Assembly: GCA_015680685.1 (NCBI GenBank) | Contig: MNCI01000958.1 | Location: 313,330-377,329, forward strand | DNA length: 64,000 nt | Source of the DNA: Gnetum montanum | Taxonomy: Eukaryota; Plantae; Gnetophyta | Reading direction: 5' to 3' | In this document: piece by piece, positions 1 to 12,900 of the stretch | How the letters are laid out: every line of letters starts with the position of its first letter | Position numbering within the stretch: the stretch's first letter is position 1 | Notes under the pieces: generated by a model | Told to the model about the DNA's origin: nothing | What the model saw: only the letters and a program-made list of their open reading frames with translations | The model's database searches: none | Made by a program: the position numbers and the translations under genes

Positions 1-163
1 TAACGGGAGTTTGTTTGATTTAGATATTGCACAAGGCCAAAACGAAAATCAAGAAATTGCGTGTCACCTTCCTAAAATGACCTCGTGCTTTTGTCTCTCG
101 TTTAGACTGCTATTATCGAGCGCTATAATAAAATAAGTTGCAATTTGTAAGATACAAATTTTG

Positions 164-461
164 TACACGTGGCACGGCACACCAAATTTTAAAAAATGGC
201 AATTACTATTGGTTGTGAAATTAGAAAGCCTAATTAAAAGATAACCAAGCTTGAACAAATTAGCACGGTGAGCAACCTGGCATGTTTGGTTATCAAAGCG
301 TGAAACATTTACGTGCAACAGCTGTCATTTGAGACAGAACAGGGAATTAACAGGAAAACACTTACTTGATGAGCGATTGCTTTTGCTGTGACACCAACTG
401 CGTAACTACTTTAGATTGAAAACTGTTTCTTAGTCCCATACGAACTTTAGATATATATAAA
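164..461 (+). promoter_or_regulatory. Putative KEA5 promoter: G-box/ABRE CACGTGGC (166-173) and TATA-like TATATATAAA (452-461)
   Basis: Motif match and position upstream of the ATG only. Confidence 0.3.
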
Positions 462-683
462 CGCCATCATCATTTCGGTATCATGTCACTGTGTTTGCTA
501 GAGTGAAGGTGCTAAATCGCCGTTTCACAGTAGAAGAAAGCAAATTTTCAGTTCTGGATTCTTCGCATGTTACGGCCATGATTTGCGCAGAAAAACAGTA
601 AAGGCTTTCACAAGCTTCGACGGCAACTCGGCATTTGAAGTACCTGGGGAGGGTATGCCACAATTTTCACAGCGACATTGCCA

Positions 684-924
684 ATGGCGTTGCCAATGTT
701 GCAGCAGACGTTGGTAATTTCTGTGGCAATTGCAGCCATGATTTTATGTTCAGCTTTGTCTGCAGCTGCGGCGAGGAAGCCGCCACCACCACCACCACCA
801 CTGGCTTTGAATGTTTCGGCCAATGCCTCCGCAGGTCAGCCCAATTCTAAGGAGGGCAGCATCGCTGCGATGTTTGACAAGGTCCTTGAGAAGGAATTCT
901 CTGATGATAAGGAAGAAACGCAAG
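684..924 (+). CDS. KEA5: KEA5-like exon 1 (hydrophobic signal peptide, poly-Pro, EGSIAAMFDKVLEKEF)
   Basis: ATG at 684 (the ORF-track start at 678 is TTG); donor GTCAGA at 925, phase 1. Confidence 0.88.
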
Positions 925-3900
925 GTCAGATTTCTTGTTGGATTCGACGTACTTTGGAAAAATAAATTAATCAGATAATTTTTTGGGCGAAATTTATGGT
1001 TTTCAATAAAATGCGAGTCTTAGAGCTGTAATTCAAGCGATAGTAGTTTATTGTGAGCCCAAAATTACGAACTATCGTAGAATCATACTTAATAATTGCA
1101 ATTCCAATTTATGATAGCTCAGTGTCAAAAGAAACATTTCCTTTTGTAATATTTGGCCAGAACCTTAGCTGCAGAGTTTATAATATTTAACACGATGCTC
1201 TTGGTACTGTCGGATAATTTTTCAAGGGGTGTGGCTGTTCTTACGGTTTTTGTTCTAACGCTGCGCGTGATCTATCAAAACAGGTTTCTAAATATTACTT
1301 TTTAATGCTAATTGCCATGTGAAAAAATACATGTATTTAAATATATATTAATTTATGTTTTAGCCAAAGTATTACTTAGGTGGCAGTTTCCGAAAGGTAA
1401 GTTTTTGCATTTTAGCTCAACTTTAGAGATTTGCTTAGATAAACGTTATTAATAGAAAAATAACAATGCTGGATCCGTGTTAGTTACACCACATTGGGAC
1501 AATGTTAGGACCCTATGAGATAGCGTTTAATTCATTTTTATGCTCTCAATGAGCTAGCTTATTGATGAAGTGTCATTAAGTCTTGCGTCGACTGGGCTGC
1601 GTATACGCGGCCACGTCGACGCGGGTTGACATGGGCCCCATGGATGCACGCATCGACGGGGGCCCGTTGACGTAGCCTTCCTGCGTCAACGTGGCCTTGT
1701 TTACGCAGCCGCCTTTCTCGGCCTATAATTAAGAGGGCCTTCCGCCTCATTTAGGCATCCTTTTGTTATTTGTAGCTAGACTTTTTCAGTTTGTTTCCAT
1801 AGGAGTTAGAATANGATGAACTGCGATCAACGTGTAACTATCTAGATACCACAACTAGCCNNNNNNNNNNNNNNNNNNNNNNNNNNNNNNNNNNNNNNNN
1901 NNNNNNNNNNNNNNNNNNNNNNNNNNNNNNNNNNNNNNNNNNNNNNNNNNNNNNNNNNNNNNNNNNNNNNNNNNNNNNNNNNNNNNNNNNNNNNNNNNNN
2001 NNNNNNNNNNNNNNNNNNNNNNNNNNNNNNNNNNNNNNNNNNNNNNNNNNNNNNNNNNNNNNNNNNNNNNNNNNNNNNNNNNNNNNNNNNNNNNNNNNNN
2101 NNNNNNNNNNNNNNNNNNNNNNNNNNNNNNNNNNNNNNNNNNNNNNNNNNNNNNNNNNNNNNNNNNNNNNNNNNNNNNNNNNNNNNNNNNNNNNNNNNNN
2201 NNNNNNNNNNNNNNNNNNNNNNNNNNNNNNNNNNNNNNNNNNNNNNNNNNNNNNNNNNNNNNNNNNNNNNNNNNNNNNNNNNNNNNNNNNNNNNNNNNNN
2301 NNNNNNNNNNNNNNNNNNNNNNNNNNNNNNNNNNNNNNNNNNNNNNNNNNNNNNNNNNNNNNNNNNNNNNNNNNNNNNNNNNNNNNNNNNNNNNNNNNNN
2401 NNNNNNNNNNNNNNNNNNNNNNNNNNNNNNNNNNNNNNNNNNNNNNNNNNNNNNNNNNNNNNNNNNNNNNNNNNNNNNNNNNNNNNNNNNNNNNNNNNNN
2501 NNNNNNNNNNNNNNNNNNNNNNNNNNNNNNNNNNNNNNNNNNNNNNNNNNNNNNNNNNNNNNNNNNNNNNNNNNNNNNNNNNNNNNNNNNNNNNNNNNNN
2601 NNNNNNNNNNNNNNNNNNNNNNNNNNNNNNNNNNNNNNNNNNNNNNNNNNNNNNNNNNNNNNNNNNNNNNNNNNNNNNNNNNNNNNNNNNAGCTTTCTTA
2701 GTTAATATTTATTGCTTTCTTAGTTAATATTTATTTNAGACTCATTATTGTTATATTCATTTATAATTCTTTTAATGTATCATGTTGGCTATATGTCTTG
2801 GGGTATATTCAAATTATTTTGGGTTCTGATACTTCTTCCTCTCTAAAACATCTTCTAACTCATATGTTAATTTATCCTCCAACTCATGTGCATTTTAACC
2901 ATTACTGATCTTCGCTATGTTGCTGTAATAAAGAAATTAAAACTTAAGTTTCAATAATGCGTTGTAGTTATATTTATTGATCGATTGTCCGTCTCATTCA
3001 TTTTAAAACCAATTTAGAACATGATGAACTTGATTTGAAAAAAAGTGTAATTTTTTATCATGATTTTTTGTTGGATTGTACATAGCCGACAAAGATGCCA
3101 GCAACTTCAACAGTAGTGTGGCTGAACAGCAGGTTACTTCCTCTTCTTAACCGGTGTTTTTTTTTGTAAACCTTGTTGCTATTTTCTTGCATTTACATTT
3201 TCCTATCTTCACAATTCTAGGTATCTTCTGTCTAGAAAATGTTATCTACATTGTTTTGAGCAATAAAGTAGAAAAGATTGCAAACAATATTTTTGTTCAG
3301 GAAGATTCTTTTTGGATATTTTTGAATCAGTTTACCCAATTTTTTTTCTTAATACCGAAAATTCAGGCAGTGTTGGAGACTGTAGCTAGAGTTACTCATG
3401 AAAAGCAGAAGAAGAATGAAACAGTAGAGAAGTAAGTCTTTTAATATCTAACTTGGTTTTAAAATAAGTTTTCTATAATGTTTACCGAGCGTAACAAATA
3501 AGGAGAACTTTCTGTGTTGGAAAAAAATATTTGGCACCTGTAGTGGAACTCGGGCTTTTGGCATTCAAGATGTTTTTACCTTGGAAAATGAAAATGGAGA
3601 AGAGGAAGTAGCAACTTTAATTGATAAAAGGGTACACAGTTGATTTCCTTTTCATTTAATGCATTACCATTTATAGTTGTGTTGTTGAAATAAATGTTCT
3701 TACAATCATTTTTATTTTCATGTTGACTTATTTTTCAGGATAATGTTTTTATAATTTCCAAGCCAAAGTCAAAATATCCAATATTGAAATTGGATATAAG
3801 GTATATTATATGATATTACTTTGTTTTTTTCTCGAAACAAGTAAAAAGAGATTACATATATATGATAGACTTATTGCTATAATATCTTCAAAGTTTTTCT

Positions 3901-6900
3901 TGGCTACCTTTTATAACAAAAACTTTTATGGTAACTAAGAATTTCTTGTCTCTGGTTCTGGTTGCAAAGACTTATTTCAGATTTGGTGGTGGTTATAGTT
4001 TTTGCTACCATTGGAGGTGTTTTGTTTTCCTCTATTGGACAACCAGTGAGTTCTCCTTTGCAAGATAACATTATAGGAAATTTTTCTTGAAAAATGAAGA
4101 GTTATTTGAGACATGCATTAAATTTTTATTTCAGTTGGATATGGGTCCATGTGACTTTCTTCAGTTGTGGTTTAGCTGTTGTTTTAATCAACAATTGTTA
4201 ATTTTGCAGGTAATTACTGGCTATTTGCTTGCAGGATCAATAATAGGGCCTGGAGGTTTGGGCTTTGTCAATGAATTGGTCCAGGTGAGAAGCTCATGAA
4301 CAAAAGGTTATTTACACCAATTTTGTAAGGCATTTAATTGTGAGGAATATGCTATACAGTATGGTTTTTAACTTGATCTATCAAATACTACCTTTTAAAG
4401 CTATAAGTGATTGATGCAGCTGAATTCTGAACATTTTTTGTGTGTTGTTTATGTAAATATATGTTTAAAAAGTTTGAAAATTTAGGTTTCATTTTTGACA
4501 CAATTTCAAATTCTTCAGGCTTTTCTAACATAGAAATGCATTTAATGTTAATATCAAGCTCCAGAATTCATGAAACTGCTAGTCATTTTCCCATTATAGT
4601 ATACTGTAAATAATGAGAAACAACAAGTAGACAATCTTTTGGCAGAATCAGAATGTGAAAATTATTTAGAAACAGTCAATTCAACAGTTGAAGAATGTAT
4701 TATAGGTCACTGACATTGTTTTTCTATTATTGAACTTCATTGAAAGTGAGCACAAGCCGATAACTATAGGCCGCTCTGTCACTGACATTGCTTTTCATTT
4801 ATTGATGCACAACAATGGGAGTACTACAACTTCGGAAGTTGCAACCATCAATATGATCTGCATTCTTGGTTAGCATATACCTATATCATTTTTATGATAG
4901 ACATAGCCTATCATCAACTAAGGTAGGCTGTCATCACTTATCAGTAATGGAAAATGTCACAAAAACTTAATGCATGTGTGGACCCTGAAGAGTAAGGCAT
5001 CAAAAGGTACAAGTTTGGGCTATCATTAACTGAGGTGGTCCAAAATCTTAAATTTAGTCTCAATGGTAGTTGTTATTGATAGTAATTAGAAGTGAATCTG
5101 TAAATAAATGTTATGAAATGGATATTACAATAATCTGAGTTGTATGTCTTGGAGGGTTGCATGCAAGGCTGTTGTTTGAAAATTGCACGACAGTTTAATG
5201 ACCTTATATATATATCCACGATTCTATAAGTACACCTACATCATACTTTCCTGCTTCCAGGACCATGTGTAAAACCTTAATATAATGTTTATTTATACCA
5301 TGGGATCTATAGTAAAACTAGTACATAAGACATATTCTTAGGAGGAGAAATATATATATTAAAACACTTTAAAGTTTGATTAAAATTTAAACAAATGTTA
5401 TGACATAAATAGCAATCCAATTAATGGTAATAACATTACAGAAAGAGTTAACTATGACCATGAAGTGGGGATGGGGGTTGAATGTATAGGCATAGCTGCT
5501 ATGTAGGTAGAAAATTGACTTCTGATAAATTTGACCATGTAGAAAGAAATGTTTATGAATTTGATCTCAGCCATGAATCCTATGGATGTAACTTATTGTT
5601 ATAATTCATATCTAAAAGACATAGCTACTAGATATAATGTGGTTGGTTTACATGAAACAAGTTACATGATACTTTTCAATATAAGCTGCATGAAACCAAT
5701 TTCATATTTATAAAATATCAAATGAAAACCAAAATCATAAGCTTAACCAACAGGTTGCACCTAATTAGTGCAACACACTATAAGTGCAGTAAATGTGGAA
5801 AGGGCAGGAATATATATGCTTGCATAACTATATATATATTAAGATGAAATCTAGACATGGAATACAAGGAATCAAGACTTTAATACTATTTTGAAAACAA
5901 TGATTATGTATAGTTGCATAGTATGGGGATAAACTTAAGCTAAAGATTGTGGAAAAAGAAATGGAAGGTATAAAAGCAATTCTTGATTCATCTGTTTATT
6001 ACAAGATGTCAAAGCCAATACAATATTAATTTAATTTGATGAGATAACTCTCTTTTGAATTTTAGTAGTTGAAAATCTATTGTATATATCCAGAAAGTTG
6101 TAATTTCTTGAAAATTTGAAACTGAAACTGAGGTTTTATTACGTTTGAAGATCCAAAGGATCTATTGGAGAGGCAGTTGATTTGTATCATGAAAATTAAA
6201 TATCAACTCAAAAAGTGGCTGAGTAACACTGGATTGTGATAACAAATACCATCTTCCCCCAAAAAAGATTAATATAAAATAGACAAACATCATTAAACTA
6301 ACAGTTAAGTTGTGTAGAAATTTACTTTGGAAAAACTTTCAGAAATTCTTAGGCTCTTTTTTGATCATGTTGACAAACTGTTTTTGTTGTTTTCTGACAA
6401 AACATATTTTTTAATTTCTAACAAGGTACTTATACCTCTAGACCAAAGGATCTATTTGTTCTTTGTTAACCTTTTTTATATTCTTTCTAACTTTGACACA
6501 CTCTTCATCAAATCAATTCATATGAGCTTTATGTTTGTGAGCATTATTAACCTGCTAAGCTGCCGCAAACAAAATTTCCTCCAAATTCTTACTGTCTGTA
6601 AGAACTCCAATGATTTTTTACTACTTCCTTATATTTATCTTTTACCTTTTAAAGTAATCTTGCTTGAAGAGAATTTTTTTGTTTCTTTTTTGCATCAAAC
6701 TATACTAATTTCTAAAACAAATTTCAAATGATGATGATGAGATTTTACAACCTCTTCTCCTGCTAAAAACTCTGTAATATATTTGATATTATCACTAGAA
6801 GATTAAAGCAAGTCATTACAGGAGTTGCCTTCAGATCTTGTAAATGTGAAGGAGGTAGACCCTGAAAACCTAGAGTTGCAAATGAAAAGATCTATAGCCT

Positions 6901-9900
6901 TTGCCTAGTCCAAGAATCCTTGTCCCTTTCTATTGATATTACTATCTATTAAGTGTTGAGACCAATTATTATAAGCAATGTCTATGCCATCAATTTCACG
7001 CTACCACTGACCAATTATTATAAGCAATGTCTATGCCACTAATTTCATGCTGCCACTGAATAATCTCTGTTTGCTGAAGACCAACTCTAGCATTAAAACT
7101 TTCACAAATAAAAACTTCTCTTTTTTTTTTGTGAATTCTATAATATCTTTTTCCAAATGCTGGAAAGGAAAATTTCTTGACAATATTATATGAAGTGTAG
7201 CCTCTCTAGAGGGAAAATAACAAATAGCAAGAAACACATAACCATGTTGATGATGGAAATTTTAGCCAAATGTCATGCTCATACTCATCTAGCTTTTCGA
7301 CCTGCACACAATTTGCAAAAGAGTTCTTAGCTCTATAATCATGAGGATATTCCTCATCTTCTTTATTTTTTTATTGAAAATTCAATGAACCCAGGAACTA
7401 CAAAATCTTCTGAGCCTTCATCCTCCCAAGTTTCTACTAAACTAGAAACATCAAAACTGTTAAAGAAAATTTAATGCTTTGAAAACAATGTGGATGATAA
7501 AATGTAGATATTTGTGCAAATTGCATTTTACTTACGCACGTCACTTTTATTATGTCCTATTAAATGGATTAGTAGATCAAGGATGGTTTCCTATTACTCA
7601 AGAATTAAGAAAAGTTCACGAATGAACACTCCATGTAAAGAAAGAAGGCATATTTTTTTGACATGACATATTTGAGGATGAATACCATGCCTTTCTTTAA
7701 TGTTGTTTAAGTTTTAATGAAGTATTTATTGAAGAAAATGAGGGGTAATTTCTAACAATCTGTGTGCATTTTTCCAACTTCAGGTTGTGCCTTTAGATCA
7801 TTGCATTGAGGAAACATTCTAAAGTGATTTAAATGTCTAATCTTGTTGCCTAATTGATCCCTATGGCCTTTTCCTGATCATAACAATAATTTATTTTCAG
7901 TTTTATTAAATTTTTATGTTTTGTAAATGTCATTCAAAGGTGAATTAGAGTTTTCATTAATTTGTTGAAATAGTTTGTAATTTTTAAAGCGTTTGCAATT
8001 TGCAACAGCTATTACATATCCAATACTGTAAAATTGTGTGTTTTATGTTTGTCTTAGGTGGAAACAGTTGCTCAATTTGGAGTTGTATTTCTACTCTTTG
8101 CCCTAGGACTTGAGTTTTCTTCATCAAAGGTTAGTTGTCATCTTCTATGTTGGATTGCATTATGTAAGTTTCAATATCAAAAGTAAAATGACTCGTTTGT
8201 GATGCAGCTTCGAGTTGTTGGATCTGTTGCTGTTTTTGGGGGTCTTATCCAGATCTTTCTTTTTATGTGCATTTGCTGCATTATTGCCTTGGTAATTTAG
8301 GCTTGCATTCTTATTTTCTTTCCCGTGTGTAAGTATTGTACGTCATCCTTAACATTTGAAAAGCATGTTCTCTGCAGTTATGTGGAGCAAAACCGTCAGA
8401 AGGAATCTTTGTTGGTGCATTCTTATCAATGTCATCTACTGCTGTGGTAATATGAGTATTGCAATTTTAGGTATTCATATTGAGCAATAATGTGAAATGT
8501 AAATGTGGCAAAATTCTTGAACTTGCGTAGGGTTTTACACTTATCCAGAAAAATAGTAATATATGTGCTATGTCACAATAATAGTCATTCTTACTACACT
8601 GGACTTCTGATCTAGCACTTAGGAAGTGTTCTGACAAAAACAGATTAGTGTCAAACCACCTGTGGCACCATGGCCTCAAAAAGCCTAATTTAAATGAGTA
8701 CCAGTTTACATTGTCACTTTTGGCAACTTACTGTTGTGTCATAACAAGGTACAATAACGCAGTGAAAGAGTTGTGTTATGGAATTGTGCAGTGGAACCTG
8801 TATTGCACAGTGGAATAACACTGGTTAGTAGATTAGCAGAGAGAAACAAACACAGATTTAGCAATGAGTAAAACATGGGAAATTATTAAGGAAATTAGGA
8901 AAAGCTGAATTTTAATTGATCATTACACGCAAAGATCTGGAGCTATCTAGTAATAAACCTTTCATTGGATATTTAACCGTCTCACGGCACTTAACTTTCT
9001 CATACAACAACAATAAACTTAAGATGGGTTTGTAAACGCACACGGAAGGTAGTATTGTCCGACACTCCCACCGTTTTTTCCCTTCACATACCCAAAATGT
9101 TGGTTTATCAGAAAGCTTACGTATTAACGCTTATTACCACATTCCAAAATACAATACAAATAATGTTGAACTATTCTAAAATGTTGCACATTCTGTTAAT
9201 TGCTTTATTAAATATGCTTTTTTGTAGATGCTATTATATGTTATCACAGTGGCTACTGTAATGTTTCCGTTGTTTTGACGTGTTTAGTTTGCTAAAATTT
9301 TGCATGTTTGCTTGTAAGGTTTTGAAATTTCTCATGGAGAACAATACTGCAAGTGCTCTTCCTGGTCAAGTTACAATAGGAACACTTGTTTTGCAGGTTC
9401 AAAGCATATTCTAAGTTACAGTTCCTTGTTTAAATTCCTTTTTTAAGTAAAGAAATATTATAATTTGTTTGGATTTATTTTTAGGTTATTCTTTTTGTTA
9501 TTTTAAAATTTAAACAGGATTGTACCGTTGGATTACTTTTTGCATTGCTACCAGTTCTTGGTGGAGGTACCGACTTATTCCAGGGGTTAGCTTCAATGAT
9601 GAAAACGTATGTTTAGCAATCTTATCATCATGATTCCTCTTCTATGCTTGAGGACATTTCATATTTACTGGAAATTGATGTTTGTGTTATTGTTTAACAT
9701 AACTGTGTTACCGCATTGAATGAGCATAAGTTTATGTGGATGCTTTTGTTTATACAGGCTAGTTTTGTTGGCAATGTTTTTGGCAACTGCAGCAATCATA
9801 ACATGGTCTTTTGTTAAGCACTATCTCAAGTTAATGATGCGTTTGTCCTCCCAGGTAATTAGAGTATCGATACCTAAAAATTACATTAAATTTTATTTTT

Positions 9901-12900
9901 TAATTGTTCTGAGTTATTTTGTATCCAGTATTCATGGATAACCCTATTTCCCATAGATTACATTGTTAAGGTATCTATGTTTTCGTTTACCGTTATTTGA
10001 TTCATCTCTATTACAATCTACTCCTTATTTTTAGAACTTTCATAGTTAGAAGATATTCTTGACTTCTAGTGACTTTATTCATTTATTATCTGGACTTGTG
10101 CAGACAAATGAACTATATCAACTGGCTTCCGTTGCATTCTGCTTGTTGGTTGCTTGGGTTAGTGTTCCACTTTTGTTTATGTAGTTTTTTTGAACATGAA
10201 ATAAGCATGCTGTGTGGAAATGTGCAAATTTATAATTTTAATGTTATTTAATTTTAAGCGTATGCTGCAACTATGTGTCCAATATGAGCTAATGAACTGT
10301 GAAAATAAATCAGTTGAATTAATGAATGACTTGGTTAAATACTTAATATGTAATCCAACATCACATCTCAAAAATCTCCTCTCTTTCTTAAAAACGTTCA
10401 TTTGCAATACACTATGAGATTTGTTGGCATTATGAATATTGCAAAGTGCAAACATTGACAAAATGCATTGGCTATGTTCCTCATCTGTTACTTTAATATA
10501 TGGTCAGTTCCTGCTTCACCCTTTGGCCTAACCACCTAAAAAGGCCCTTTTGGAATGGAGAATTTGGTGAAAAAGAGATTTTAACAGTGCTTTTAACAAG
10601 ATTCCAAATAGTACATTTGGAAAATTGCCACAGATACAACGCTCTGGTGGATGAACCACAAGTCAAGTGGTGTATTTAACGTGTAGAGTGATGGAACCTT
10701 TTACTTGTTATCAGTACCAAGTTAGGATACCTTTTGCAATCTCAGGATAGGGTATACATTTTCATTTACATCAAGAAGTAGTCTCTTTCTCTTCCTCTTT
10801 GAGCAAAAATGGGAAATTGTATTTTTTAGAAAATGTGCAGTATACAACATTAACTTTTTTGTTTGTTTGCGGAGGGGAGGGGATGGGGGACTACTCGTCC
10901 TCCGCTTTCCCCTTTCTCTGGCAGGCACCTGTACAAAATGTAGACAACAGACAACCCCCATCCATTGGGATCAAACCAGCTGAAAGAAAGTAGAGATCAA
11001 AAGAGATACTAGGTATCCCCCCATCCGTTGGGATGGCTGCTTTACAACCTGGCATGCTGACATTTTTTTTGAATAAGTAAAAGAGATTATGTTAATAAAA
11101 TAAGATTTAAAGTACAATGTGATTATTCTTGGGATCTAAATGATCGACCAAGGTAAGTGGATCAAAATTTTTAAAAATAAAATAATCATGTCAAGGTAAC
11201 CATGTAATCTTATTCTTGGAAATAAAATTATAATTGTGTAAAGTTTAAAGACCTTGACAATCCAGTTCCATTCTATTTATCACATTCTTCTTCCAATTTT
11301 TTCCCTCAAGCATCCATACTTTGTGTAGATTGATATTTCCCCCTTCAAATTTCCTTTTAGTTTCTTTCCTTCTACATTTAAATTCTCACATGTGCTGACA
11401 ATGCCATAGCCATTGCTGATTCCAAGTATGGATGTGAAAGGAGGAGTGTTAGCATTAGGTCAGTAGCTGGTTGTAAAACCATGCTAAATATAATGGATGA
11501 GTTCCCTTTCATATTTTGCAGGTGCTATAATATTCACAAGATGCTAAGAGTAGTAGTCATAAGGCATGGTTGTTGTGGAAAATGAGCAAGGGTTTGCTAA
11601 AACATCTTCTATAAATGACGTGCAACATTGATGCACAAATGTTGTTGAAAGAGGGCAAGGGTTCCCACATTAGGGATGTGTATGTGTAAAAAAATAAGTC
11701 AGGTGATAGAAAATTTGGATGGCAACCTAGAACATAGGCACTCTTAATAGAAAGACCTTCGAAATTATTGACATTATAAAAAACAAAAAATAAGCATTGC
11801 CTACTTCCAAGAAACAAGATGGAAAGGAGAAAACATTTGAGAATTGGTTTAGGGTTACAAGCTTTCTAGTTAGTGAAGGATAATCACCAAAATGGAGTGG
11901 ACATCATTGTCAATTAATTTGTCAACGACAAAGTGGTATAACTATAATGCAATGGTGATCGGATTATGAACACAAAAATTGTACTTGTAAATGTGGTCAT
12001 CAACATCATTAGTGTATGTGTTGCACAAATTAGCATAGAAATTTCTATTAAGCAAGATTTTTGAGATTTAATGAATTTGGTGCTTCAAGGAATTTCATAG
12101 CAAGAAAGCATATTCATTAGTGGGGATTTTAATGATTATGTTGGATCTATAAGAGGGGATATGAAAGGGTTCTTGAAGGGATGGATTTGGATAACAAAAT
12201 CATATGTGAGATTCAGTGCTACAATTTGCAACTGCTTCTGACGTTGCCGTTGCAAATACCTATTTTTAAAAGAAGGCCAAACATTTAATTACACATCAAA
12301 ACATTAGAGATAAAACACAAATTGACTATTTCTTGTTATACATAAGAGATTGGGCCATTTACAAAGATTACTAGGTCATACCTAGATAGAACTGTATAAC
12401 TCAGCATTGATTTATGGTAGTGTGAGAAAAGGGACTAGATGCATAAAATGGTGGAATTTGAAGCAAGGCAACATCACCAAATTCAAAAAACGATTGCTTA
12501 AATAATGCACATGGAATTAGTATTATTTTGCAAATTTTATTTGGGGCTACATGGAAAGTCACATTTAGAAATTGGAAAGAACATTTTGGGTGAAACAAAA
12601 GGGAAAAATGTACATCCCAAAGGAGATATGGTGATGGAGCAATGAAGTACAATATGTCATTCGAAATAAGAAAAAATGCTTTGAGGAATGACAACAAAGT
12701 GGGAAGTAAGAAGATATGCTAATGTACAAAATGATAAAGAAGAAGGCAAAATTAGTAATAGCTAAAGCCAAATATAAAGCCATGGATGATTTTTCTGAAA
12801 AGAGAGGAACAAAGGAAAGAGAAAAATTTATATACAAGTTTGGAAAAATTAGAAACAAGAAATGTAAAGATATTGACTATGTCAAATGCATCAAGGAAGT

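Noticed and set aside
6300-7450. Stop-poor stretches in intron 7 (ORF 6327-6731 and minus-strand fragments)
   Set aside because: No recognisable protein motif; probably a decayed TE or pseudogene that I cannot assign.
9358-9366. Pro where KEA4-6 usually have His (SALPGQVTIG vs LHGQVTIG)
   Set aside because: A single substitution (CCT vs CAT); lineage variation and sequencing error cannot be told apart without orthologs or reads.
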